Below are positions 51,768 through 61,454 of a stretch of 64,000 nt of DNA, piece by piece (the stretch's first letter is position 1; the number at the start of each line of letters is the position of its first letter). Under the pieces are notes generated by a model. That model made no database searches. It saw nothing but the letters and a program-made list of their open reading frames with translations, and was not told the DNA's origin. The translations under genes and the position numbers were made by a program. The stretch is from an uncultured Candidatus Saccharibacteria bacterium (GTDB lineage: Bacteria; Patescibacteriota; Minisyncoccia; Phycocordibacterales; SBAW01). The DNA is taken from positions 33,642 through 97,641 of the forward strand of contig CAYWJX010000001.1 of assembly GCA_964459335.1 (NCBI GenBank). The letters are read 5' to 3'.

Positions 51768-52205
51768 ATGCTTCATCCTGTTGTTGTTTTAATTCATTTA
51801 ATGGCACTCGCAGTTGCCGGGTGCGGCGTACTTGTCGCCGACAAAGTAGGCCTTTCGTGGATACGCGGTAAAACGCGCATGCTCTCGCGCCGCACCCTGC
51901 ACATCCTGCACAAAACAATCTCGTATGCGCTTGCCACGCTCATTTTGAGCGGCCTCTATCTTTTTTGGCCTGTACGCGATTATCTGTTGCACCAAAATCT
52001 GTTTTTGTTAAAAATGTTTTTTGTTGCGGTACTCGTTATCAACTCACTAGTGATCGACAGGCTCATGTTGGTGGCAACTAAAGTGCCGTTTACGATGATA
52101 AGCGGCAAAGGCAAAGTGGTGCTCCTTATGAGCGGGGCAATTTCTTTTATCTGCTGGACTGGAGCGTTCATTGCCGCAGTACTCCTCTTTTTCTTTGGAC
52201 TATAA
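51768..52205 (+). CDS. four-TM membrane protein
   Basis: hydrophobic profile. Confidence 0.7.
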   Translation: MLHPVVVLIHLMALAVAGCGVLVADKVGLSWIRGKTRMLSRRTLHILHKTISYALATLILSGLYLFWPVRDYLLHQNLFLLKMFFVAVLVINSLVIDRLMLVATKVPFTMISGKGKVVLLMSGAISFICWTGAFIAAVLLFFFGL

Positions 52206-52211
52206 AAATCA

Positions 52212-52282
52212 GCAAAAATAATGTCCAGAGAGGGTTAGACTGGGGGCTCGGCCCGGAGCGCGCTCTCGGGAGATTATTTTGC
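52212..52282. repeat. hairpin cassette family C (intergenic)
   Basis: imperfect arms around ggttagact..cggcccggagcgc. Confidence 0.7.
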
Positions 52283-52298
52283 GGGGTTTTTATGTTGC

Positions 52299-52372
52299 TA
52301 GAAAAGCAAAAGTTTAATTTTGCTCCCCTTGGCAGCTCGCAGCGCTCCCAAAATTAAACTTTTGCTTTTCTA
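52299..52372. repeat. hairpin cassette family A (intergenic)
   Basis: 24 bp perfect arms around ctccccttggcagctcgcagcgctcc. Confidence 0.9.
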
Positions 52373-53014
52373 AAATTCTCTACTTTCGCCGTCGGCTAGG
52401 CTCACATACTCGGTTTCGGGCACAAAGTTTTTTATAATCATCCCAACAAAGCCGCGTGAGCTTGGGGCTATCATGCCATCATGCACACCAAGAGCAATGC
52501 GCGCCTTAATTGCTTTTGCAAAATCGATGCACTCACTGAGCTTCATCCACGGGCCGGCAACCGGTAGTGCCAGCACCTCAACCGTTTTGTGCGGTTGCTC
52601 AAAATTATCGCCCGGGAAGTAAAAAGCGTTCGCCACCATATAGCCGGTGTTTTCGCACAGCCCCATGTTGGGCGGATACACGAGCGCGTGGTCTTTTCCA
52701 AAACCCTCTATCAACACTCCTTTTATGGAGACACTTTCTCCATCCCCCACTATCGTTACCGCGGGAGCTACATTGTCTTTTTTGACGAGTGCGGCAACGG
52801 CATTGTTGCACACCACGGTCGCATGGGGATTGTTTTTGAGCACGGCCGCAACCGACTCCGCGTGAAAGTGGTCACCATGCTCATGCGTAATAAGCACAAT
52901 ATCAATGCCGGTCAAATCATTTTGCGCGGTCGTATAACTCCCCGGGTCGGTCAACATCTTAACGCCATTGATATCCAATACTAAACAGCAATGTCCAAGT
53001 TTGGTGATAGTCAT
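52370..53014 (-). CDS. MBL-fold metallo-hydrolase
   Basis: GHCC, TDPG, THEHGDH, PGD, HD. Confidence 0.9.
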   Translation of the reverse strand: MTITKLGHCCLVLDINGVKMLTDPGSYTTAQNDLTGIDIVLITHEHGDHFHAESVAAVLKNNPHATVVCNNAVAALVKKDNVAPAVTIVGDGESVSIKGVLIEGFGKDHALVYPPNMGLCENTGYMVANAFYFPGDNFEQPHKTVEVLALPVAGPWMKLSECIDFAKAIKARIALGVHDGMIAPSSRGFVGMIIKNFVPETEYVSLADGESREF

Positions 53015-53036
53015 CGCTCCATTATACCAAATCTGC

Positions 53037-53309
53037 TTATTTATCTTCTCGATGGATACGAGTATGAATTTCTAATGCTTTAACTCGATGCCCTAAATTG
53101 GAAAGTTCCTCATGGTGATAGCCGAGACGCTTATGTACCTCGTCAAATTCTTCATGCATTTCAGTACCGAGTTTTTTGACTTCTGCCCGAATTAAAGTAG
53201 TTTCCCCAAAGAATTCTTCGCGCACTTCTTGAAAACCGCGTGCGGTCATAGCTGCCAAATCATCTATTGACTTTGCCACGGTTTCTAGTGTTATTTTTTT
53301 CTTCGCCAT
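53037..53309 (-). CDS. coiled-coil hypothetical protein
   Basis: IDDLA.M.ARGF pattern, RV..LE end. Confidence 0.65.
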   Translation of the reverse strand: MAKKKITLETVAKSIDDLAAMTARGFQEVREEFFGETTLIRAEVKKLGTEMHEEFDEVHKRLGYHHEELSNLGHRVKALEIHTRIHREDK

Positions 53310-53416
53310 ACATAAAGAGTATAGCAACTATTTTCCTGCCTGCAAACGCAACGATTATGTTGGGACCATGACTGTAAAAGAAAATGCCACCTTGCGGGTG
53401 GCTTGAGGAAATTAGG

Positions 53417-53857
53417 TCACATCATCCCCTCAGTTAAAGACATAAGTTCTTGGGGAGGGATGAGCGACACAGCTTCGACTGTTGGTTGTGGAACAGTAGT
53501 ACACCAGAGTCCGGGTCCGCTATCCCTAACTCTTTTGAATATCGACGGGTCAACACGACATTTGTAGGGTGCAATTGGATTACGCGTCGCATCTTCCGCA
53601 GGACAAGCAAAGCTGTCCGGAACTTCGTTGGGCATTTGCCCCCAATACTGACGAATACATTTCTGCAACTGTTTTTCGTCGGTATGAAGGGAACAGAATT
53701 TGCCCTCGATTGTTGGGTTGCCAGATTTCTTGATAGACCAGAGTTGGCACACCAGTACGTTGTCCATCGATGCTTCGAGTTGACACTCGGATGGTTTGTC
53801 CTCTTCTCTTGAAGCTGACCTGATCAGCGTTTCATCGGAGAATCCTTCGGCTATCAT
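53417..53857 (-). CDS. hypothetical protein
   Basis: 146 aa ORF with GGAG RBS. Confidence 0.5.
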   Translation of the reverse strand: MIAEGFSDETLIRSASREEDKPSECQLEASMDNVLVCQLWSIKKSGNPTIEGKFCSLHTDEKQLQKCIRQYWGQMPNEVPDSFACPAEDATRNPIAPYKCRVDPSIFKRVRDSGPGLWCTTVPQPTVEAVSLIPPQELMSLTEGMM

Positions 53858-53967
53858 GACTTTCTCCCGTATTTGCTCATCGGGTAACTAACCAAAAAAG
53901 ATATTACAACAATATACTTAAAAAATCGATAGCATCGATTTTACAAAATTATTGCTATACTTATGGT

Positions 53968-54780
53968 ATGTCCGCACGACATATTGGCACGCATCATCAC
54001 CGCATGATGAGTTATCCGCGCTCGCTTGTCCAAAGCGTGTATACGATCTTTTTCTTCCCGCTCCTCACCGTGGCACTAGCGGCGGTTTTTTTGCGCGGGT
54101 TTGCCGCTGTGGTGCCTGCCGAACAGCTTTCGTTCGGCGCCGTGCTGGTTGCGCTTGCCCTCACGTTTATAAGGCTCCTGATTGCTTATCTTTTTTCAAT
54201 TGCCTTTGCCATCCCGCTTGCGCTCCTCGTAACCGAGAGCGCGTGGGCCGAGCGCGTGTTTTTGCCCGTGTTTGACATCATGCAGTCGGTCCCGGTGCTC
54301 GCGTTTTTCCCCGTCATCATCGTCTTTTTTGTGCACTACGGTCTCTACAGTAGCGCCGCTATTTTTATCCTTTTCCTCAGCATGCTGTGGAACATTGTGT
54401 TTTCGCTCGTGGGAGGCTTGCACTCGATACCCACCGACATCAAGTCGGTTGGCGCGCTCTTTGGCTTGCGCGGGTTTGCGTATCTTAAAAAAATCATCTT
54501 GCCAAGCGTCTTCCCCTACCTCATAACCGGCTCGCTCCTCGCGTGGGCGCAAGGATGGAACATTGTGATTGTTGCGGAGGTGCTCCATGTGTACATCCCC
54601 GGCGCTACGGCAAGCAGTGATATTGTGGGTATCGGCAGTATGTTGGTGCACGCATCGGCGGCGGGGGCTACGCAGGCGTTTCTTTTAGCGATAGCCGCGC
54701 TCGTGACCGCTGTTGCACTTATAAACTTTTTTGTCTGGCAGAGACTCTTAAAATATGCAGAACGATTTAGATTTGAATAA
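53968..54780 (+). CDS. ABC permease (NitT/TauT family)
   Basis: DIMQSVPVLAFFP, EAA-like loop, W..VIVAE. Confidence 0.88.
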   Translation: MSARHIGTHHHRMMSYPRSLVQSVYTIFFFPLLTVALAAVFLRGFAAVVPAEQLSFGAVLVALALTFIRLLIAYLFSIAFAIPLALLVTESAWAERVFLPVFDIMQSVPVLAFFPVIIVFFVHYGLYSSAAIFILFLSMLWNIVFSLVGGLHSIPTDIKSVGALFGLRGFAYLKKIILPSVFPYLITGSLLAWAQGWNIVIVAEVLHVYIPGATASSDIVGIGSMLVHASAAGATQAFLLAIAALVTAVALINFFVWQRLLKYAERFRFE

Positions 54781-55492
54781 AAACAAAGATGCCATCGTGC
54801 TCGAGCACGTAAGCAAACTCTACCCCGAGGCCGAGAGCTCCGCACTGGTAGGCGTTTCGCTCACCGTAAAACCAGCCGAGTTTGTGTGCATCATCGGGCC
54901 CTCGGGCTGCGGCAAATCAACCTTGGTAAAAATAATCGCGCGGCTCGAGCGTGCAACCACCGGCACGGTGGAGTTGCCGCAAAAAGTGGGCCTCGTGTTC
55001 CAAAGCGGGGCGCTCCTGCCGTGGCTCACGGTTGAGGAAAACGCCGCGTTTGGCCTCCGTGCCGAGCATGCGGCCGAGGCAGTGGTGCGGGAGCGCGTCA
55101 AAAAATATCTTGCAATGGTCGGGCTCGAAGCGTTTGCAAAAAAATATCCGCACGAACTCTCGGGCGGCCAGCGCCAGCGCGTGGGCATTGCGCGCGCACT
55201 CGCCCCGGAGCCGCAAGTGCTTTTGCTCGACGAGCCTTTTTCGGCACTCGACCCAAAAACAACCGAGGAGCTCCATAAAGACGTCTTGGCCATTTGGCGC
55301 GAGACAAAAATTACCGTCGTGATGGTCTCGCACCTCATTGAGGAGGCAGTATCGCTTGGCGAGCGCGTCGTGCTGATGAAAGACGGCAAAATTGAGGAGA
55401 TATATACCATCGGCCTCCCCTATCCGAGGCGCGAGAGCGGCATAGCCTTCCACGACACGGTCCAAAAAATCCGCGCCAAATTTTTTGCCTAG
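54755..55492 (+). CDS. ABC ATP-binding protein (NitT/TauT family)
   Basis: GPSGCGKS, LLPWLTV, LSGGQRQR, DEPFSALD. Confidence 0.92.
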   Translation: MQNDLDLNKNKDAIVLEHVSKLYPEAESSALVGVSLTVKPAEFVCIIGPSGCGKSTLVKIIARLERATTGTVELPQKVGLVFQSGALLPWLTVEENAAFGLRAEHAAEAVVRERVKKYLAMVGLEAFAKKYPHELSGGQRQRVGIARALAPEPQVLLLDEPFSALDPKTTEELHKDVLAIWRETKITVVMVSHLIEEAVSLGERVVLMKDGKIEEIYTIGLPYPRRESGIAFHDTVQKIRAKFFA

Positions 55493-55494
55493 TA

Positions 55495-56097
55495 TTATTT
55501 ATTTTTAACGCGCAGTAGCCACCACAATACAAAGCTTGCTACCAGGAGACATCCTAAAGTAAAGGCCCATGCGGCGGCGACTATCAATGTCAGTGCACCT
55601 TCGCGCACCTCAACCTCGCGCAAGCTCCTGCCTGCGGCCACGTAGAGCGGGCCATCTGGCGCGGGGATGTACACCAGCACAACTGCTTGCCGCACGCTAG
55701 GCGTTGGTTGCCACGTAAAACGGTACTCATCATTCTTCCATACGGGCTCATCTATCAACGCATGGGCATGCGTGTCAAACACGCCTTGCGGCAAGCTGGG
55801 CGCACTGCCGCCGAGCGTTGCATTGGAGCCAATAATGTTGCCATAGCCGTTGTAAACGGCCACCCACGGCGCGAGCGAGTTGGCAACATCAACCGTACCA
55901 CTTGGCACCACGAGGCTCGGGCTTGTGCCTGCCACAATCTGTGCGGCCGCGTCCTCGGCCATTTGTATTTGCGGGTCGTTGGCGTTTTGCCGATAGTTTT
56001 GTTGTACCGCGCCGTATATCAAGGCGCATATACCTGTGACGGCAATTGCCGCGTATAGCCACCACAAGAACGGCTCCCACAGAGTGTTTTTAATCAT
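55495..56097 (-). CDS. two-TM protein with an extracytoplasmic domain
   Basis: QQNYRQ.ANDPQIQMA...TWQP..VRQA...AGRSLREVE. Confidence 0.7.
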   Translation of the reverse strand: MIKNTLWEPFLWWLYAAIAVTGICALIYGAVQQNYRQNANDPQIQMAEDAAAQIVAGTSPSLVVPSGTVDVANSLAPWVAVYNGYGNIIGSNATLGGSAPSLPQGVFDTHAHALIDEPVWKNDEYRFTWQPTPSVRQAVVLVYIPAPDGPLYVAAGRSLREVEVREGALTLIVAAAWAFTLGCLLVASFVLWWLLRVKNK

Positions 56098-56148
56098 ATC
56101 TAGATGATAACGCGCCAGAGAGCACATGCGTTACGGGAGTAGCAAATG

Positions 56149-56298
56149 TTAGAGCGGATTTTCGCCGCGGATAAGACGGATGAGTATCATGATAATTGCC
56201 AACACGAGCAGTATATAAATAAACCCGCCGAGCGTGTACGAGGTTACGACACCGAGGAGCCACAAAATGATAAGAATGATCGCGATGGTGTATAGCAT
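56149..56298 (-). CDS. lmo0937-family small membrane protein
   Basis: Manual ORF, 49 aa: MLYTIAIILIILWLLG..GGFIYILLVLAII. Confidence 0.8.
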   Translation of the reverse strand: MLYTIAIILIILWLLGVVTSYTLGGFIYILLVLAIIMILIRLIRGENPL

Positions 56299-56371
56299 AC
56301 GAAAAAAGTTATTTAATAAAGATATCTCAGTATGCCGACATCTTCATGTGGTGTAGATGAAGAGCTCAGCT

Positions 56372-56677
56372 TTACTTCTCTCCGGACAGCATCTGCGCGG
56401 TTTGCTCTTTGAGTGCCTTTTCTATCCGGCCTTCAAACATCCGCATCATGAGGGGGAGTTTTGCGTTGATATCAAACACCGTGTCGCGCACCTCGAGCGT
56501 GCCACCAATGCTTTGCCCTTGGATGTCGGCCACAAAGTTGAGCGTGTCGCCTACCCACTCCTCCTTTTCGATCTTCGCTTTGTCGCCAAGATGCGGGCGC
56601 ATTTCAATAAGTGCGGCTTTAACGCGAGCCGTCGCCTCGGTTTTGGTTTTAAACTTGTGCGGGATGTCTAGATGCAT
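56372..56677 (-). CDS. polyhydroxyalkanoic-acid-system family small protein
   Basis: IPH..EA..RV, W.GD.L.F, I.G.L.V, F.G.IE pattern. Confidence 0.65.
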   Translation of the reverse strand: MHLDIPHKFKTKTEATARVKAALIEMRPHLGDKAKIEKEEWVGDTLNFVADIQGQSIGGTLEVRDTVFDINAKLPLMMRMFEGRIEKALKEQTAQMLSGEK

Positions 56678-56692
56678 AGGTTTGTTAGTATA

Positions 56693-56768
56693 TCAAAAAA
56701 ACAGAAATTTGATTTTGTGAGCGCTGCGAGCTGCCAAGGGGAGCAAAATTAAACTTTTGTTTTTTTGA
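56693..56768. repeat. hairpin cassette family A (intergenic)
   Basis: 25 nt arms (22/25) around tgagcgctgcgagctgccaaggggag. Confidence 0.88.
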
Positions 56769-56785
56769 AAACTCAGCATGTTCTT

Positions 56786-57556
56786 TTATATTTGCGAAAC
56801 ATCCCTACGCGCTAGCGCTTCGGGATGTTTCGCACTCCACGCAAAGAGCGCAACCGCCGCCGAGGCGGCCACGTTGAGCGACTCGCAGCGCGGGTGCATC
56901 GGTATAGAGAGTGTTGTGTCACAAAGCGCGCGAACATTGGCCTCAATGCCGGCTCCTTCGTTGCCAAACACAAAGAGCCCCGCCTTTGCAAAAGGCTCAG
57001 TCTCGATGCTGTGCGAGCCTTTGCCGGCCAGCGCGTAGATGGTCATGCCGCGTTTTTTGAGCATCGCCAAGGCTTGCGGGACGTTCTCTACCATCACGAG
57101 CGGCACTCTAAAAGCCATGCCCGCCGACACTTTGATAACTGCCGCGGTAACCGGCGAGGCGCCTTGCGCTTGCATGAGTACTCCGCTCGCGCCAAACGCG
57201 GCGGCCGAGCGGATAATCGCGCCGGCGTTGTGCGGGTCTTGCACGCCGCTCAAAAAAACGAGGCTAGTCGATGGCGTAATTTCGAGCCCTTCTAAAAACT
57301 TTTCAAAAGGTACTACCAAATTTTGCAAAGAAAGTTGCGCGACAATCCCCTGCTGGGCGTTGCCGCCTTTAATGTCGGCGCGCGTGACACCTTTGTTGAG
57401 CGGCGCTTTTTCGACTCCGCTCTGTTCAACAAACTTCATGAGCTCGGGGTCGGTAAACCCGCGCTCAACATAAACGCGCACCACCGCGTGGGGCGAGTGT
57501 AAAATAGCCTCCCGCACAGCATGCTTGCCATATATATAGAGCTTGTTTGTTTTCAT
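56786..57556 (-). CDS. TrmH/SpoU-family RNA 2'-O-methyltransferase (RlmB-like)
   Basis: QDPHNAGAIIRSA, GNEG.G, ESLNVA. Confidence 0.9.
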   Translation of the reverse strand: MKTNKLYIYGKHAVREAILHSPHAVVRVYVERGFTDPELMKFVEQSGVEKAPLNKGVTRADIKGGNAQQGIVAQLSLQNLVVPFEKFLEGLEITPSTSLVFLSGVQDPHNAGAIIRSAAAFGASGVLMQAQGASPVTAAVIKVSAGMAFRVPLVMVENVPQALAMLKKRGMTIYALAGKGSHSIETEPFAKAGLFVFGNEGAGIEANVRALCDTTLSIPMHPRCESLNVAASAAVALFAWSAKHPEALARRDVSQI

Positions 57557-57618
57557 AGCAGCGTAATATCCCCAAGATACAGCAAATATGTCTAACTAGC
57601 CACCCAGCAAGCAAAAAG

Positions 57619-57769
57619 AAAACAGCCCTTTTGGGCTGATAAGATAAGTGGCGAGTGGGGACAAGGCCGCACATCAACGCATGCCAAGTTCCTTCTCTTC
57701 CCCGGATTGTCACGCGCACATAGAACCGCGCTTTTACCTTTTAAGAAAGATCGGGTACTCTCGCCACCC
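57619..57769 (-). ncRNA. candidate small structured RNA with its own -10 box and terminator
   Basis: TATACT at 57773-57778, closing stem GGTGGCGAG/CTCGCCACT, terminator CAGCCC-AAAA-GGGCTG-TTTT. Confidence 0.5.
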
Positions 57770-57818
57770 AAAAGTATACAAGTTTTAAGGGCGATATTGA
57801 AGCATCTATATTAAAAAG

Positions 57819-58127
57819 TCACTTTTTTGTCTTAGCTCTTTTATTAAGTATCCCTTGTACCGAGGGGCTGATTTTTTTGTCGGTACGATGAATACACCCA
57901 ATCCAACAACACGGCCGGCGCATGCCCTCTTTAAGCTCCGACACCACTCTCTTTATATGATTGCTCCTCGTCTCCGGCGTTTTAACGGAGATAGTCCAGC
58001 AAATCCACTCATTGCGCGCAAGCGGTGTGAGGCTCTCCCACACGGCGAGCGCTTTGGTGTCGGCAGCAAGAGCTTTCCGCAAATCCGGCGGCAAGGTGTG
58101 CACGACACCTCCGGCAAGTTTTTTCAT
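57819..58127 (-). CDS. YdeI/OmpD-associated family protein
   Basis: LP.DL..AL, LTPLARNEWICW, RRPCCW. Confidence 0.85.
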   Translation of the reverse strand: MKKLAGGVVHTLPPDLRKALAADTKALAVWESLTPLARNEWICWTISVKTPETRSNHIKRVVSELKEGMRRPCCWIGCIHRTDKKISPSVQGILNKRAKTKK

Positions 58128-58130
58128 ACG

Positions 58131-58310
58131 CTACTTCCAGCGGTAGACGTGGGCTGCAATGTACATCGCGAGCATCCCGATGAAAAATCCGGCGCACACG
58201 CCAAGCGCATCATGGAAGCGGGGCGCACCCCACATCCACACTCCATACAGGAGCACTACCCACACAACAATGCACGCGAGTACATACACATAGAGAGGGC
58301 GTTTGTTCAT
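58131..58310 (-). CDS. small two-TM protein
   Basis: Manual ORF, 59 aa, fills an operon gap. Confidence 0.55.
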   Translation of the reverse strand: MNKRPLYVYVLACIVVWVVLLYGVWMWGAPRFHDALGVCAGFFIGMLAMYIAAHVYRWK

Positions 58311-58342
58311 AAAGAAATTATATCATTTAAACGCGTATGCCA

Positions 58343-59020
58343 TTACCACACAAACGGCACCAAGCGGCATCTCACTTGTCTTTTGTACTCGAGATAACCG
58401 GAAAGATCTCTTGCTAAAACTCGTTCTTCGTCGAGGAGCCTCCAGATAATAACAGCCGTTATGGGGATGATTGTTAAGACTCCCCACCACGAACCAAGCG
58501 CAAGGGGTGTACCTATGAGGAGAATAAGCGCCCCAATGTACATCGGATGGCGCACCCATGCATACGGCCCTGTTGCTATGACCTTTTGTCCGGTTGTCAC
58601 TTCTACCAATGCCGATGCATACGTATTTTCTTTAAATACGAGAAATACAATATAGAAACCGATAACAACAAGGATGTCACCCGCTATGTTTACATACGGC
58701 GGTACTATGGACCATCCGAAGCGATGATCAAGCACCGGGAAAATGATCACCAAGAGAAATGAGGCTTGGGCGAGCGATTGTATTATCTTTTGGCTTGTCT
58801 CTTTCTCATCGGTGGGACCGACGGTGATGCGCCGTTCCAAGAGCGCAGGATCCATTTTCATCAGATAAATCGTGATCGCGAAGGCAGACCCGAAGAACGC
58901 AATAAGAAAGACCCAGGCCTGCCAGTAATCGAGTGTCCATGCCGAGCCAAACAGTACTGCCGCGGTAATAACGAGAAGTGTAAAAGATCCAATAAACGCT
59001 TTTACGTTAACTCTTTTCAT
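58343..59020 (-). CDS. isoprenylcysteine carboxyl methyltransferase family protein
   Basis: GPY..VRHPMY, EE..L, Y.EY..V..RLVP. Confidence 0.9.
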   Translation of the reverse strand: MKRVNVKAFIGSFTLLVITAAVLFGSAWTLDYWQAWVFLIAFFGSAFAITIYLMKMDPALLERRITVGPTDEKETSQKIIQSLAQASFLLVIIFPVLDHRFGWSIVPPYVNIAGDILVVIGFYIVFLVFKENTYASALVEVTTGQKVIATGPYAWVRHPMYIGALILLIGTPLALGSWWGVLTIIPITAVIIWRLLDEERVLARDLSGYLEYKRQVRCRLVPFVW

Positions 59021-59178
59021 TATTTGAATGCGTAAGCCATCAATACGATAGTCAAAGCATTCAAAATTACCAACGCTGTCGCTGTCTGCACGCGTGTTGG
59101 TAAAGGGTTCATCAAGATATAAACCGTGTAAAGTATTGCGACAATCGCCGCACCAATAAAATTTCCTCTTATTATCAT
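59020..59178 (-). CDS. small membrane protein
   Basis: Manual ORF, 52 aa; stop overlaps the next ATG. Confidence 0.45.
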   Translation of the reverse strand: MIIRGNFIGAAIVAILYTVYILMNPLPTRVQTATALVILNALTIVLMAYAFK

Positions 59179-59287
59179 ATAGTGTCGCTTAGATTAGTTA
59201 ATACCCTAAGTATAGCAGAGCATTTACACGGCGGGAGCAATGTGGCAGAATGGCGCCGGACAGATCAACGCGAGAATGGAGGGAACG

Positions 59288-59836
59288 ATGAAGAAGAGGT
59301 GGTTCAAAGGAAAACGGAAGATTGTGACCTTAATCGGCATGCCTACTGCACGCAAGACCAGCATTGGCCGCTTGGTTGCAGAAGAGCTCGGATGCGCCTT
59401 CGCCGACATCGACGACCGCATCATAGACCATTTTCGAGTAAGCGGAGTGCAGGAGGTGGTCGACCGTCTTTCGGCAAAAGATTTTGCTCTTGCCGAGGAG
59501 TCAATCGCGATACTGACGGCAATGACCTTGCCGTCACCGGGGATTATTGCAACCGGCGGCAGCGTGGCCTGCTGCAAAAAAGCCATGAAGTACCTCAAAA
59601 AAATCTCGCGTGTTGTACGTCTACACGCCTCGCTCAAGAAGATCACAGAAAGGATCGCGAAGCACCCGAACCGCGGCATTACCTTCAAAAAGGGCGAGAC
59701 TCTTCCCGATTTGTACAAGAGGCGCAAGCCTCTCTACAAAAAGTGGGCGGACGAAACATTGTCGTCCAATGGCAATCGAGCAAAAGTTGCTCGAAAGCTC
59801 AAAAAGAAGCTCATCAGTCAAGGATTCGTCTCATAG
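59288..59836 (+). CDS. aroK: shikimate kinase-like protein
   Basis: IGMP..KTSIG..A..L, D.D, IATGGS, R.PLY..AD; P-loop degenerate. Confidence 0.75.
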   Translation: MKKRWFKGKRKIVTLIGMPTARKTSIGRLVAEELGCAFADIDDRIIDHFRVSGVQEVVDRLSAKDFALAEESIAILTAMTLPSPGIIATGGSVACCKKAMKYLKKISRVVRLHASLKKITERIAKHPNRGITFKKGETLPDLYKRRKPLYKKWADETLSSNGNRAKVARKLKKKLISQGFVS

Positions 59837-59887
59837 ACACACCGACCCCCGTCGCGGCTTAAGCCGCGACGGGGATTTTATTTTTAT

Positions 59888-60514
59888 TTACTGCGTAAAC
59901 GTAAACGAATTTTGGAACGCCGTGTAATCACTTTGTGACAACCCATAGGCACTCACCACGTAGGTGTTGTGATTATGCGTGGTGATGAGCACATTTCCCG
60001 ATGTCGGCGCCCCCATAAACGGCACCACGACCGAAGCAGAAATCGCGGCATTACCCAAAAACTGCGACTGCGGCTCCGCCGTGACTTTGGTCCCCGGATA
60101 TTTGGAGTTGATTATCGTACCAAACATCTGTAGCGCGCCGGTCAGATAATTGCTCGAAAATTGGTAAGTCGCCGGATAATGGAAGACCACGATCATATAC
60201 AGTACCCCCTTCCCATTTGCCGAGGACACGAATGTATAATCCGTTTCCGAAATCGAGCCGGCGGATGGTGATGTAATCGTTTTCGTATTCGCTTGTGGAG
60301 TCCCCGGCAAGTTTACCGAGAAGCCGCCGTCAGACGACGTATAGAGACTTGCGGATGCAGGTGTCGGTTGCCCGGGTTGTGTTTGGGTAGTTGCGCCGGT
60401 TTGTGCCGACTGTGGCTGTGGTGTTTGAGAAGCACCATGACTCCCCAACATAAAGAACGCGGCAATTAAAACAACGGCAACTACAACAACGGCAATGATA
60501 GTATTTTTGTTCAT
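59888..60514 (-). CDS. exported PsbP/DcrB-like protein
   Basis: N-terminal TM, GGFSV.LP, F.NSF.F end. Confidence 0.6.
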   Translation of the reverse strand: MNKNTIIAVVVVAVVLIAAFFMLGSHGASQTPQPQSAQTGATTQTQPGQPTPASASLYTSSDGGFSVNLPGTPQANTKTITSPSAGSISETDYTFVSSANGKGVLYMIVVFHYPATYQFSSNYLTGALQMFGTIINSKYPGTKVTAEPQSQFLGNAAISASVVVPFMGAPTSGNVLITTHNHNTYVVSAYGLSQSDYTAFQNSFTFTQ

Positions 60515-60588
60515 AGATTTTTATTAAAAAACTTTTAAAAACTTAAACATTTCGATCTCTGCAATTATATACCTATATATACTTATCA

Positions 60589-60987
60589 CTATTTCTTATT
60601 CATTACCGTGACGGTGAGTTGGAGCACCGAGGCAAAGCTTACCCACGCCAGATATGGCAGGTTGATATACGCAACCCATGGCACGAGCGGCAGCACCGCA
60701 AGCAACGCCCACACCAAAGTCACCCACACCGCCAGCACATCCAAGGCCGCGAGTGTAAAATTGTGCCAACGGAACTGAATAGTGGTAAACAGAGCATTAA
60801 AAATAAGGTTGAGCGCAAATGGAAGCTCAACACTCGCGGAAAGAACGCCCGTGGCCCACATATAGCCGACATAGCCAAACGATATCGCTATCAGGATATA
60901 CAGCACGGTCCATACCGGGCCAAAAGCCCACGCCGGAGGCGCCCACGAGGGTTTTTTGTACGAGCGATATTGAGAATACGTGCGCAT
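60589..60987 (-). CDS. tspO: TspO/MBR family protein
   Basis: KPSWAPPAW.FGPVWT.LY, PYLAWV.FA. Confidence 0.9.
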   Translation of the reverse strand: MRTYSQYRSYKKPSWAPPAWAFGPVWTVLYILIAISFGYVGYMWATGVLSASVELPFALNLIFNALFTTIQFRWHNFTLAALDVLAVWVTLVWALLAVLPLVPWVAYINLPYLAWVSFASVLQLTVTVMNKK

Positions 60988-61090
60988 GTGAGTAAGTATA
61001 TCTCACTGCGGGTCGATGTTGGAACCATTGTCGCAAAAGAAAAAGCCGCCCACACTCCAGTTGGAGGGAGCGGCCAAAACGCGGTGGTCT

Positions 61091-61333
61091 TTACTGCTTC
61101 TTCTTCGCGAAGGGGGCAAAAATCCATGCAACGCCCGCGTACGAAATCGCGAAGAGCGTTAGCAGGGACAGGGCAACCTTCCACCGCGGGGCATCTTGCA
61201 GGACCTCCCACACCACCTGTTTTGATTGGTCCCACGTAAGACCGCCGAGGTGGTAGGTGTAGTCGGCGAGCGAGTAGAACGATGACACGGCCAACATCAC
61301 AAAAAAGGCCAAGCAAGCAAGAATGAAGCGCAT
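61091..61333 (-). CDS. small membrane protein
   Basis: two TMs, GGAG RBS. Confidence 0.5.
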   Translation of the reverse strand: MRFILACLAFFVMLAVSSFYSLADYTYHLGGLTWDQSKQVVWEVLQDAPRWKVALSLLTLFAISYAGVAWIFAPFAKKKQ

Positions 61334-61454
61334 GGGATTCTCCCGTATTAGTCCGAATATATAATAAATACAAACGTATTAAAAGTCAATAGCTGGCCGT
61401 CTGGGACGATATCCGAACTATTTTAAGCCATTAATTGAGTGTTTTGAGACTTTT

